Positions 26,046 through 38,500 of a stretch of DNA of 64,000 bases are shown here, one piece after another. Below the pieces are notes generated by a model, which saw only the letters and a list, made by a program, of their open reading frames with translations, was not told where the DNA came from and did not search any database. Every line of letters starts with the position of its first letter. Within the stretch, counting starts at the first letter, position 1. Both the position numbers and the translations under genes were made by a program. Origin of the DNA: Ginglymostoma cirratum (Eukaryota). Location: assembly GCA_024137785.1 (NCBI GenBank), contig JAHRHZ010000084.1:17058875-17122874 (forward strand), in the 5' to 3' direction.

Positions 26046-27424
26046 GTCTGTCTTGCAATTCCCTGTTGGTGATACTGTATTGCCATGTGTCCTTTAACCA
26101 GTATGAGGAATGTTGCTCCAACATTTGGCAGTTTTACAATAGACATCCACTCTGTCTGACCTCCCCAGCTTGGTTCACGTTAAGCAGTACCCCTTCTGCT
26201 AAATAAAATTCTGGGGTTTAAAATTTTGTACACCAGTCACTTTATACATTTTTTAAATTGTGCTTTCTGAAGCAGCAGCCAAGCGTATTGAAGGGATAAT
26301 TTAAAAGGGATTTCATTTGAATAGATGCTTTATTTTTAGAAACCCCACTCCCAGTTTCGACTGGATTTCTCCATTTGGTCACTGTGAAGACCAGGGCTAT
26401 CAGCAAAGAGAAACTGTTCTGGTGAGGGAGCTCTGTCTCTGTTTAGTTCTATGTCTCCTACCCAGCCTTAACTGTCAGTCACTGGGCAGCTGCAACAACT
26501 GCGGTCTGCTGCTTTACAGTTTGGAATTCCAAATATATATGTAACACTGCAATGGTATTAGATGTTACTGTAACAGCAAGCAGCCAATTGGACTTAAAAA
26601 GATGCATTCTAATTGCAACTAATGGACAAACATTGATGGAATGTTTCATGGGCTCACATAGTTTTAATACTTCGGACACTGTCCCCACATAAAACTTTGG
26701 AGTTCGATATGAACACTCACGCCCTGTTTCCTTGTCTGTTGTAATTACAAGTATTTCTTTCCATTATCATGCACATAAAAGACACTGCTATGCTTGTGCT
26801 TGCTTTCTCTCTGCTTACTCTGCACTCAAATATGACAAGCTGCAAAAACAGAATCTCTCTTCACTACTTTCCTCTGTCCTGTCCACTGTTTTGTTCCTCT
26901 TACTTTCATTGACAATACTAGGAATGGATGTTTAGCAAGGCTTTCCTTTCTGTCAGGGAATACTCTGTGAAAATAAATCATAATTAGGTCTGATCAGAAT
27001 TTTTAACTCCTTTCTACAGCCACTAAGACAGATAAAACATTTTGTGATTAAATAAGTGTTATAGGGTGCATTTAGCAACCAGAGTGGGCTGAGAATTATT
27101 TGCAGCTTGTTTGGGACAAACCTTTCACACTACGTGGCTGTTTCACTTGAAGGATTTCATTTTGCAGCAAGTTGGTGTTCCAGTGATATTAACATATTGA
27201 TTTATTTCCCCCTTCCTCACCCATTATTTTTCTCCAAATGCAATGGTGATGGTGAATCTTTTCCACTTCATTCTATCCTCGTGAGTCATAGACATGGACA
27301 AGATAACTTGCAGATTTTATCCTATTAACAAAATTTAAAATGCTGATAAGACTGGAGAGTTGGATTAATAGCGAAAGCTGTAAATAGGAGGCATTATCAG
27401 TCCTCACTGCCATTAAAGAATACT

Positions 27425-27765
27425 GAATGGCCTGGACAGAGTAGATGTTGGGAAGATGCTCCAATTGGTAGGAGAGACTAGGACCCGAGGGCACAGCCTT
27501 AGAGTAAAGGGAAGACCTTTTTAGAACAGAGATAAGGAGAAACTACTTCAGCCAGAATCTATGGAATTCACTGCCACAGAAGGCTGTGGAGGCCAGGTCA
27601 TTGAGTACATTCAGATAGATAGGTTCTTGATTATCAAGGGGATCAAGGGTTATGGGGAGAAAGCAGGAAAATGGGGTTGAGGGAAACTTATCCGCCATGA
27701 TTGAATGGCGGAGCAGACTTGATGGGCCGAATGGCCTAATTTCTGCTCCTATGTCTCATGGTCTT
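27425..27765 (+). mobile_element. CR1 LINE 3' end
   Basis: tatggaattcactgccacagaaggctgtggagg (WNSLPQKAVE) and tail gatgggccgaatggcctaatttctgctcctatgtc. Confidence 0.85.
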
Positions 27766-27989
27766 AAAGTGCTTCATGGCTATTGACAATCCTGGAACAA
27801 TCATTATGTCATTAGTGAGTGATAGTTTGGCAGTGTTTTTGTTGTTAGGTCAATAGCAGGTTTCCTTAAGAAATCTTTTCTGTAGAATTGCAAGTGATGG
27901 CACGTGCGAAAATGCAAATGAATGGACATGTTTGTGTTCGTTTCTTTAGGGCATTCCAAAGTTCTTCGTTGCCAATGAGTGAGCTCTGA

Positions 27990-28240
27990 AGTACAGACAT
28001 TGTTGTATTGTAGGGCAGTAAGGCAACAAATCATCTGTGCACAATATTGCCTCACAAAACAGTAGTAAGACAATCGACCAGTTAATCAGCTTCCGTGGTG
28101 ATTGCTTTGGGAGAGGTGTCTGTAAGATGCTGGCAGAACTTGCCCATTGTTCCTTGAGAGAGAGACCTTGAGTTGATGCAACGGGGTTTGGAACCCATGA
28201 AGCTTTGCCACTGAAGCAGGAATGCTAGCTCCTAACCAAA
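27990..28240 (-). mobile_element. Deu-domain SINE, degraded
   Basis: cattgttgtattgtagggcagtaaggcaacaaatcatctgtgcaca matches the Deu core seen at 60975-61030. Confidence 0.5.
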
Positions 28241-30279
28241 CAGATACTGTAAACTACTTCTCCTGACTGATCAATCATTTATGGGGTGACCAGCTTCTCA
28301 ACAGTAGTTACGCCTCAGCAACCACACGCTGACAATTTTCCATTCGCTGGTTTATTCTGTGGAGGAAATGGCTGTGACATTGTTGTTGAATAGTTTCAGC
28401 TGAATAGTTGCCTGTTTACTGTTTCAATCTGTGATGCTTGCCTAATGTACAAGCTCAAGTAATGCTGGAAAGGAGTAGAATTGTTGGCACTCTGCAGTAA
28501 TTGTTTTATAACTTTCAGCTGAGTCAACTTTTAATTAGTACTGCTTGCCACCAGAAATCAAGTGACAAGATATTGTTTAAAACATGCTGAAGTGTGTAAC
28601 TGCTTGTGATCTTTACAAAAATAAAATGATTTTCAACCAGTACCGAGCAGTACAGGCACGGCCGCTCCTGGGCTTGATTGAGCTGTTTGTCGCAGCCTGT
28701 AACTCCGAGGGACTTATGCACTGGGGCAGAGGAGTTGACCATTCATTTAGATCACGGCTGATGTCTCCACTCCAGTTACTCACCTTAATTCCATATTCCT
28801 TGGTATCTTTACCCCAATAAAAAGTTTCAGTCTTGGCATTGACATTTTCAGTTGACCTAACCTCAACAATTTTGAAGTGGATTGTTGCGTTTTAAGTAGA
28901 AAAGCTATTATTCTGTGTACCTAATGCACCATCTGTTGTCATTTGCAGGAAAAATGAAAATACAGGACAACCTCCAGGGAGTCAGAAGCCCCACTTTATT
29001 AACTTGTCACAGTCTATTATTTGATTCTTTTTTTTGATAAGTGCATTAAATATCTTGGCTGCCAATTAATCTAATGCCTCTGGTGTTAAGGTCAGGGCTC
29101 AGTGATAGTTACAGCTGTTCGCACCTTTCACTGTTGAATGGAAAGACAGTGGAGAGGGGAACAACAATATTTGAAGAAATCCCTGATTAAAGACATAATG
29201 AGGTAACATAGAGATGGGTGGTCGTCTTAGAAATAGTAACTTAAACGGCAAAGGTTTCTCAATGGCAAAGGGTTTGGGCCCTTCCGATCTCCATCAGGTT
29301 GTATTGGAGTCTTCAGCTATTTATTTCTCTTTATCCACAAAGTGAACGTTCGAATATGATTGTCACTAATAATCATAAGCAGCACATTTGTCTGTCTGTA
29401 GCCTTAATATCAGTTGTAGCTCCCCATGCCCATTCCAGTCATTATAATTAGCTCACTCTACAGTGTATTGTGTAACGGTCTGAAATGGTTAATGCTGAGA
29501 AGTGCCTTAAGCACCACCCAGAGGATGAATGCCTTAAGGATTTGTGGGCACAGCGGCCCCTGGATTTGATAGGAGTGAGACCTGACATCTGGTCCTCCTC
29601 AAAGTCTCCATGACAACAGCCCAAATTTTCCGAACAGGAAATCCCCTGTTTCCAATCCTGATAAGACAAACAAAAAAATAGACCTTACCTTTTAAGGCAA
29701 ACTCTCCCCATAAATTTCCAGTCAGGTGCCTTCTCACATGCGAAGCAGCAGAGATGAATCCACAAGGACAGGAGTGAGAAGGATCCTGTGAAAAGGCAGC
29801 GAGTGTTCATCCTATCATTAAAGAGCAGGCTGCCAGGTCAGTGGATGAGGGCTTCAGTTAGCCACAGGGTCAGGTTTGGATGGTGGCACTGTCTGTGAGG
29901 GATTGACCCGAGTATGGAGCTGCTGGGCCTGACAACACCTTGGGGTGGGGTAGTGGGTTTATCGGGGAGGTGTTGAGTCTGGGGACTGGAGGTGGGTCCA
30001 GGGTTGAGAGGTGTAGTTGGGGTGTCACTAATGAGTTAGGGGTTCTGTTTGACAGTTACCCAACAAGTTTTAATCATCTAACTTTTCTTGGGCATCTGTT
30101 AAACTTAAGGAAGCTGAAAGGTCCTGAAGTCTCTTACTCAGTGTAACTGATCCAAGCAAAATTAAACTTCCAGGGTGATTTCTGTGGTTCAGCGGCAAGT
30201 ATGTCCCTACATGCACCTCCAATGTAAGCTGCTGCCATGACTTATCTTTCCATCAGAAGTCCTGTACAGGTCAGGCAAC

Positions 30280-30505
30280 ACCAACATTCATTTGTATAGC
30301 ACCTTTAAAAGTTGCAGAACATCTCCAGCTGCTTCATGGAAGCAGAATCAGATGAAAAATTAATCAGCAAAAGAAGGCAAAATTTTGACGGGCTAACAAA
30401 TGTTTGGTCAAAGAGTTGAATTCTAAGCAGAATGTTAAGAGGATAGAAGCCGACAGGTTTAGGGAATAAATGCCAGAATTTAGGGACACATCTCTGAATG
30501 AAATA
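30280..30505 (-). mobile_element. L2 LINE 3' end, old
   Basis: cattcatttgtatagcaccttt tail and gggaataaatgccagaatttaggg (minus strand P.FWH.FP, resembling L2 AP.LWN.LP). Confidence 0.45.
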
Positions 30506-32399
30506 AGCCATTGCTGTGGTACTGGATCAGTTGTTTACAGCAGGAATAAGGAATTGAGAGTTACCTTGTGCATTCAGATGCAGAAATTATTGGATTTAAA
30601 CAAAGTGCCTGGGAGATTAAATTAATCCCAGACAATCCAGAAAGGTCCCAAACTGCAATCCGACACCCCTGTTGTAAGCTTCTTCAGCAGTTAGATCGAC
30701 ATGGATTTTGGTTTGATGGGCTGGTAACAGAATCCTCTGTTGCACTTTGGTGCTGTAGGTCTGTTGAGAGTACAACGTTTTAACTGATGGGTAATGGAAA
30801 TACAGTGCGTTGGAGAGTGGGTGTTGAATTAACTGTAAACAGGTGCAAGGAGCTCAGAGTTTCACAGAGTGAGTGAACCAAGACATACCCCAATCAACTA
30901 ATGGCCTGAAAATCAACAAAGCTGCTGATCAGGAAGGGGCAGGCACTTTTTCAATGTGAGCATGTTGATGAAAATGTGAAGTGTTCAGCATGCAGATCTG
31001 ATCACCTGCGTCCCAGTACGGTAGCAGGCCATTTTTCCATGGGATGTAGGTCTCGCTGCACCATTGGAAAAAGCCTAATTGATGTTTCCATCTTTCACAT
31101 TGGCCCTTTTTTTTTTGAGTAGAGGAATTACCAGCTCTTTCATCAGAAACTGCCCTGATAAATGTTTTTTTTTAGACCTTTTTATTTTCTTTGTCAGCAA
31201 TTGTCTTGGTTTCCTGTGACTCAGTGATTGCAGACACTTGCAGTTTATTGAGTATTTTTTTCAATGAGTAATTGTATCCTGTGGAGGTTCTGCACATGTT
31301 GTTCTCCAGATCTCCTGTGTAGTGATAAATCAATAGAACCAGCAGGCTAATAGGGAGTCAACCTGCAAATATACTGGTGCCTTTTCTTAACCAGCTACGG
31401 TCCCCTCTACTACAGTGCACATATAAAACTGAGCTATCTGGGCACTGTCCTCCTCTGAATTAGTAATAGCAGTCTCAAAAACCCACATATACACTTCTTC
31501 ATGCACAGTTGCAAACAAAAAGGTTTTCGTGGTTAAGGCCACACCACACCTGGCCTTGCTACCAGGTGGCAGATTCAGCTTCAGTTCTACCAGCTTTCTG
31601 TGTCATTATCAGAGCCTGTGATCTGGGTGTAAATTGATGGGCTGAATAAGAGGGATGCAGCTGATGGTAGCAGGAGGTTGCAGCAGGTGGCGGAGAGAGG
31701 AAATGTGGCAGTTGGATTCTGCAGTTTCTGAATCCTCTGCCAGTTTACACAAGTACTGCATCCAAATTGCTGGCTTGAAGCTGACCATGGGGACAGTCTG
31801 TCAGGGCCACCAATTCTGACGAAAAATATCAGTCTGAGTGTACTTCCAGTCAACGTTGGGTACAGTCTAACCTGTGAAATCAAATGCCTTGAGACCATCC
31901 CTCCGAGATAACACCTCTCGGTATTGCTCAATGTCATCAAACCTTGATAGTAATACCATGGCACTGGGCCCTGAAGGTGGAAGTTAGAAGATTCTGTTTG
32001 TCCAATGTGCACCAACCGCGGCACATGACTGCCTATAAGCTTGAACCTCTTCAGAGCTTTTGCAAATAACTTCTGGTCTTGGTCCTTGGCAAAACAATCA
32101 TGCAAAGTTGTAAAGGGAAAATGCTGTAAAAATCAATTCTATTAAAATAGAATGGCTGTGCTGTTAAACAGCACTTAGCAGTCCCTGTTAATTAATACTG
32201 TTTGAAACGATATGGTATCGACGGTTTATGTTTACTTTGAAGAACAGAATGAGAATTAACCTGAGATTTGTGAAGCACCCAGGCTGCTACACAATACAGA
32301 AAGAAAATAAACTTTTCCAAGCAGGTGTTTTTGCCGGGTGATTTCTACAACTTCAACACAAATGTAAATAAACGTATTCCATGACCATATTGATCCTAA

Positions 32400-32690
32400 A
32401 TGCTTTATACCCAGTTAAGTACTTTTGCAGTGTCGTCACTATGGCAGGAAACACAGCAGCCGCTTTGCATGCAGGAATGTTGTACAAACACCAATGTGTT
32501 GATCGACCATTTTGGTGGTATTGGTTGAGAGGTCAAGTTTGGGCAGGACGCCGTGTGGTGATCCACCCCTGCTCCACTTGTGGCGTGGGATCTCTACATT
32601 AAGCTGAGGTCAAATGAGACTTCACTTGGAATGGTTTATTTGGCAGACAGCACCTCAAACAACATAGTGCTCCACCAAAGCTGGAAGAGT
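32400..32690 (-). mobile_element. Deu-domain SINE
   Basis: aagtacttttgcagtgtcgtcactatggcaggaaacacagcagcc...tggcgtgggatct...agacagcacctc. Confidence 0.65.
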
Positions 32691-33185
32691 ATAGCATAAT
32701 AGGCACTTGCCTGGCTTCAAGGGTTTCTTTTGGAATAATTATGCCCTCATAAGTTATTTAATTGCGCTGTGCCACCTGGAACATATTTAGCAGGCTGAGC
32801 ATGATTTTTTTTTCTTCAGGCGCTCATCTCGTGGTATAAGTGTTCAGTTCTCGGCCTAGCTTCATCCTGTTAGTTCTGAGGCCTGCTCATAGCCTTCCAA
32901 TTCAGTGGGAGGCTGGGAAAGTTTTCTTTTCAGATATAGCAGGAAGTTCAGATGAAGTCGTCCAGACAAAACAACAATGAGGCTAATTTTTGTTGGCACA
33001 CCTAGAATGTATTTAAAATGGATTGCAAAACAAAACTGCTCAACTGTTGCAATTATCTGCTGACCTTGTGTTGGAGGGGAGGCTTCTCATTGAGTTGCAG
33101 CAAAAAGTGTTGAAGGAACCAATACAATTTAAACAGAAGAGGCTGTGTCTATCAGCATTATAAACTTTAAAGTTGTTTGAAATGC

Positions 33186-33254
33186 TGGAATGAAGCTTTG
33201 TCAGTCTGCAGACCAAACAGTAGAAGCTTTGTGTTCTGATTTGACATCTAAACA
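33186..33254 (+). repeat. 69-bp donor arm of a perfect inverted repeat
   Basis: Exact reverse complement of 34252-34320. Confidence 0.95.
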
Positions 33255-34189
33255 GAATTATTATCCGTATGAAGAGATAAAAAATATTTAATTACACTGA
33301 AATGTTTGACGATATTTTGAAGAGATGTAATTAGTCACTATATAAATGCAAGTTCTTTCATGATCACTGCTTATACCTATTTTGGTTCATGCAGTAGGAG
33401 TAATTTTTGGACTTTGCACTTTTGATAGGGAACTGACCGGGAGACTGGTGTGTGCATGGAGAGGCTTATCTACCTTTGCTTAAGATAAATTATATCTGTC
33501 ATAACTGAGGGCATCTTGCTTATGTCTGTGACAATCACGTGTTTTATGGTCTGTAGAAGCTGTGTAAATGGAGAGACATATAGCAATGTAAAACCACGAG
33601 GTAAAGTCCTCCTGCATCAATCGCTCAAGTATTTTTTTTTTTAAACAAATCACCCTTTTGCAGTCTTTTATCTCCGTGTTTACCAATACCTGGTGATCAG
33701 GGATTAGATCAAGTCTCTCAAAGTTGTAGTTCGCACTAAGCGGAGATTTGTAGAGCCTGTTTTCATGTAAAGGAACATACTTGTGATAGATCAGTGCAAG
33801 AGTTAACAGATGTAAGGTTTTACCTGAGTTTGTAAATCTATCTGTAGGCCTCAAACGCGCCTTTTTGTTGCTGTGCACAGCAGCTTAGACAAGGAGAATT
33901 TTATGTACCGTGACTCTCTGCATATCTGATGGGGAATGAAGAATTTTTATTAAACCAAATAAGTTTGTTAGGTGGAGCATGAATCAATTGTTTGTGACGG
34001 TAAGTAGTTTAGTGCAAATGATAATCAGCGCAAAGCTTTGGATATACAGTATCAGCACTGACTGTAGCAGTACTGCTGTATATTCAAACCTAAATTCAAT
34101 ATTCTTCCCAATATCTGAAAATCAAATCTTAGAATGCTGAAGGAGGACCCTCATGTCACACTTACCCTTTGAAGACATTTTCTAGTCTA

Positions 34190-34475
34190 AAGATGTTATT
34201 TCACACCTCCAGAACTGTTTGGGACATAAAAGTCAGGTCTCCTGGTTCAGATGTTTAGATGTCAAATCAGAACACAAAGCTTCTACTGTTTGGTCTGCAG
34301 ACTGACAAAGCTTCATTCCATCATCACACTACCACTATGCCACAAGAGCCATACTCTCTGAATTTTTTTTTCTCTAATCCACCTGCTTAGAGATGTTATT
34401 ATACACCTCTGAAGCAGGTGGAACTTGAACCCGTGGTCAAGAGGTAGGGATGCTACCACAGCACCACAAAAAACC
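34190..34475 (-). mobile_element. Two tandem short tRNA-derived SINE units
   Basis: gatgttatt..acacctc repeated; gcaggtggaacttgaacccgtggtcaagaggtagggatgctaccacagcaccacaa. Confidence 0.6.
34252..34320 (-). repeat. 69-bp inverted copy of 33186-33254, inserted into a tRNA SINE
   Basis: It interrupts the SINE motif cctggttcaga...acactaccact, which is contiguous in the copy near 17890-17920. Confidence 0.93.
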
Positions 34476-35970
34476 CTCTTACAGACTCTTTGAAAGAGTG
34501 TCAAATTAATCCCATTTCACCGTAACACGGCAAATGTTCATCCAGTTGTGTTTTTTAAAAAACAATATTAAACCTGCTTCGACTATCTTTGAAGACATTG
34601 CACTCCAAACCATAACAACTCATTGTGTAATGCAGAAAATCTCTTCAGCTCTCCCCCACTTTTTTTTTTTTTTGCCACTTACTTCACATCTGTTTTCTCT
34701 GCCAACTGAACCAGTTTAACCCTATTAGACCCCTTTGAATTTGGAACACCTCCATTATATAATCACTTTAATATTCTTTGCTGTTCAGGAGAATAGTCCT
34801 AGTTTGTCTAATCTTCCCACTCTTGTTCCGACTATCATCATGGCAAATCATCGCACTCTCTGCAAAACCTAAACTTTTTTTCTGAAGTGCAGAGCCCAGA
34901 ACTGGGCACAACACTCCATCAGGAATTTCTAACACTTGCATTCCCATATTTTTTACTGGTCTTTCTTAAGTGATTTATTTAGTGGCTTTGGGAGCTAGCC
35001 TTTGCATCAGATAGGCACTAGTTTTGCATCAACTTTTAATGATTCTGGTATTAAAAGACAGTTACTTTCTTTAAGAGCCTAACAAACAATCTAATATTGA
35101 CAATGTCAAAATATATCCTTGCTTATCCTTTAGCAGCTCTTAGAATGATGGAGTCCCTCTCCAAACCTTCCAGTTGGACCATTCAGCCATGGGGGTTATG
35201 ACTGAAATGAAAGTAGAATATTTCAGACATTTTATTAGGGCAGAGGATGCAGCTGATGGGTTTGCAGAAACATAATGTAGTGCATATCTCTTTGTAAGAT
35301 ATTGGAATTGACTATGGGAAGCCATGAGCTGTTGTACTGTGTCCAAAATCAGTCATTTCAGGGTTAAGCTGGATACAATCGTGAGCAACATGTTCAAGTA
35401 AATGGAGTGAGATGCACTGTGACAAAAAACCCTTGAAGCTTCCTGTAAATCTACTTACACTTTGGCCATTCAGATTCCTGAAGACTGCAGCCCATGAAGG
35501 ATCAATTTCCCACCTTATGCTCTCCATTCCCTGTAACAAGAACCGTGAACTTGCTTATGTCGTATTCTGCAGTTCGGCCTAATCATGCAAAACACCAGCA
35601 GGTAGCTGTTCCACCAGAATCTGAGATTGTGTAAAGGTGGCATAAAATTGTAAGCAAATCTGGATGGAGGGTGTGGTGTTGGGTGGGGAGAAGGGAGGTG
35701 AGAAGGGAGTTGGAGAGAGAATGGTGTAATTTTAGTTGACTGAAAGCCCACTGCATTATACGGAAGACCAGAGATAACTTGCCCAATGTTAAACAGACAA
35801 AAATCAGATAATACACCAAATCAGTGATCGGTCCCATTCAATGGTTGCCCAGATGTGAGTTAGGTTAAGACTGCCTTCCTGGAATCTAGAAAACAGAAAT
35901 TGAAATTTACACTGGATTTAAATGATGAGCTGTTTGTTCAAAAGAAGACCAACATAACAGTATGTTTTGC

Positions 35971-36066
35971 GAGATAACAAGGTGTACAGCTGGATGAACA
36001 CAGCAGGCCAAGCAGCATCAGAGGAGCAGGAAGGCTGATGTTTCGGGCCTAGATCCTTCTTCAGAA
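35971..36066 (-). mobile_element. Penelope-derived short element with hammerhead core
   Basis: Minus strand ctgaagaaggatctaggcccgaaacatc (36064-36037), followed by the family tail. Confidence 0.8.
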
Positions 36067-37745
36067 TTTGCCTTAAATAGGACCAGTTAATTCACTAGTA
36101 AGCAGCTGTGGTCTTTATCTACAGGGAGAAGAAAGGACTTGAGTGGGCGTGTGTCAACACTACAGGATCTGTCAGTGAGGCATTGTAGATCTCCCAAGTC
36201 ATTGTTGTGGGTGTAAATGCCAAATTACATTGTGAAAGGTGATTTACTGTGCTAGATAAAGCAGTTGTAAGCATATGTATTCAACTTGAGGTGCAGCTAG
36301 GGTAACACACAGGTCAGAAGATGAATCACTACTGGAGCCTGCCTGCTCAATCATAAGGCAGTTGTACACCCACAGGGCAGAAGGCATTTGCACACATGTA
36401 GAATGAATTTTTATGATGTTAGTTTTCAGCAACACTGTGATAATTGCTTGTTTTCGATGGAAGTGGAATGCTGGCCCGTGCCCTTGGTTTTTGCCCTTGG
36501 ACCTCATTTATATCTGATCCAGGTCACACAGGTAAATCATTATCAGCATTCTTGTGCCAGTGAGAAATGCAGGCACCTAACCTCTGAAAGTCCACTTAGA
36601 GTGTTGTGTGGTAATGATGCATTGTAGGATTGAGGGGCGATCAATCCCCTTCTGCAGTACAAGAGCTAGAGTGGCATTTTATGTTTAATAGAGATAAAAC
36701 TGACTTATTGGAGAGTGAATACTTGCTCTTGGCTTTAGCGGTCTCTGAAAATGGAAGTGGATGTTGATTTTAAGAAATGCATAACCTTGAAGATCTTTTC
36801 CATTGTTGGGTTGTTTCTATAAGCAACTGGATTAATAGGGATGTTCCGAACAGTCATCGCTTTCAAGGACCTGAGCTTGCCATTTTGTAAGCCACAACTG
36901 TTCAATATGACCCCTTTCAATCCTTAGTGGAGTGCAGCAAAAAGTACTAAGTTTTCTCTGGTAGTCATTTGGCTGTCTTTTCCCATCCTTTCAGGTGGCA
37001 CTGTGAGACATTGTTGTCTCTGTCAAACAGGGCTCACTGTTTACTAACCCTTTTTAATGTTGCCCTCTATGTTTCTCATTTTGCTCCCACCACCCTCCCC
37101 AGTCACACCATTAATGTATGGTCAGTGATGGTGTGTGATGATGGGCTAATTGGCCATTGTACCATCACAGCCCGGGCCAGCCATGTCAACTTTTGGTGTC
37201 CAGCAGAGATATTTACCTCCTGATCCCTGGTCTGTGTCTGTTGGAGGTGAATACTATCCTTTCATTGTCCTTCATGACCAAAAGCGCCATTGAGACCACT
37301 TGTAGAAACCAGATTAAAATGCTGCTATTGCCAAAATAGGCAAACGTGAGAGCGTTTGGAGATCAAACTTGCAATCTTTCACCCCTTATGGGTCATTTTC
37401 AGTGTCATGCCATACATTGAACCATTGTGGGTAGGGACTGTTTGTCCTGATGCACAGAATGGTAAAGTCAGATCAACCTCACTTCTTACGATTCTTGCTG
37501 TCTCTATTCAGAGGTTTGCAGTTCCATGGTTCTCGTTCGAATCGATGAAGTGGCTGAATCCTTTCCAGCTGAAGTAAATATGTCACGGACTGTGTTCTTA
37601 AACCTGTGGCCTTTTGAAAGTTCCATTAATCAGCAACCAGTAGACAACTCAGGAGATTTTACTTTGTTAAAAAGGTGTGATATAAATTGTTGATGAAAAT
37701 GAATTCCCCCTGCTGTACAAATTGAACAACGATTTGCAAAAGGTA

Positions 37746-37938
37746 GACAAACAGGAGACTGGAAGAACACAGCAGGCCAGGCAGCATCTGGGGGAAAGGA
37801 GCAGTTAACGTTTCAGGAATTACCCTTCATCAGGACTGCACGGATCCATCCAGCTCTGAAGAAGGGTAATACCCAAAACGTTGACTGCTCCTTTCCCCCA
37901 GATCCTACCTTGGATTCCAGCCTCTGCAGTTTTTTTTT
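37746..37938. mobile_element. Fold-back Penelope-derived element with two divergent hammerhead-motif arms
   Basis: Arms 37786-37833 and 37856-37903 are 48-bp inverted repeats (5 mismatches by my count) around a 22-bp spacer. Confidence 0.85.
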
Positions 37939-37989
37939 GTCGCAAACTCAGGATAAGCAAAAGTGTATTTCTCTCAGATCTGAATTCAG

Positions 37990-38500
37990 CCATGAGTAAC
38001 TCACCTCCTGACTCCCCAAAAACCTGTCCACCGTCTACAAGGTACAAATCAGCAGTGTGGTGGAATATTCCCCATTGCCTGATGAGTACAGCTCCCATAA
38101 CACCAAGAAACTTATCTTGAATGGCACCCCATCCAGCAGTTTCAATATTCAGTCCCATCGTCACTAATGCTTAGCAACAGTACTGTGTACCTTCTATAAG
38201 ATACACTGCAACAACTCACGAAGGCTCCTCAGACAGCACCTCGCAAACTCTCAATCTCCACCACCTAGAGCACAATGGCAGCAGATACATGGGAACATCA
38301 TTCACCTCCAAACCACACACCATTCTGATATGGAATGATATTGCTGTTCCTTTTCTGTCACTGGGTCAAAATTCTGGAACTCCCTACCTGGACTGTAGAT
38401 GTACCTCCATCCCAAAGATTGCAGCAGTTCACCAGCATCTTCTCCAGGACAATTAGGATAGGTAATACATGCTGACCTAACCAGCGAAGCCCATGTACTG
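37990..38500 (+). mobile_element. CR1/L2-group LINE (second family) 3' end
   Basis: Shares gatacactgcaacaactcac...gggtcaaaattctggaactccct...caattaggataggtaatacatgctg with 62490-62845. Confidence 0.75.

Noticed and set aside
29500-30200. GC-skewed block possibly a non-autonomous DNA transposon (similar block at 38780-40090)
   Set aside because: I could not define TIRs, a TSD or coding remnants.
31587-32105. 172-aa ORF, and similar 100-150 aa ORFs at 4394-4840, 6024-6443 and 33480-33878
   Set aside because: No motif similarity or splice-site support; their composition is typical of chance ORFs.
35140-35460. Possible ancient L2 RT remnant on minus (also an endonuclease-like LLGNFNL near 46520-46550)
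   Set aside because: The similarity is too faint to support without an HMM search.
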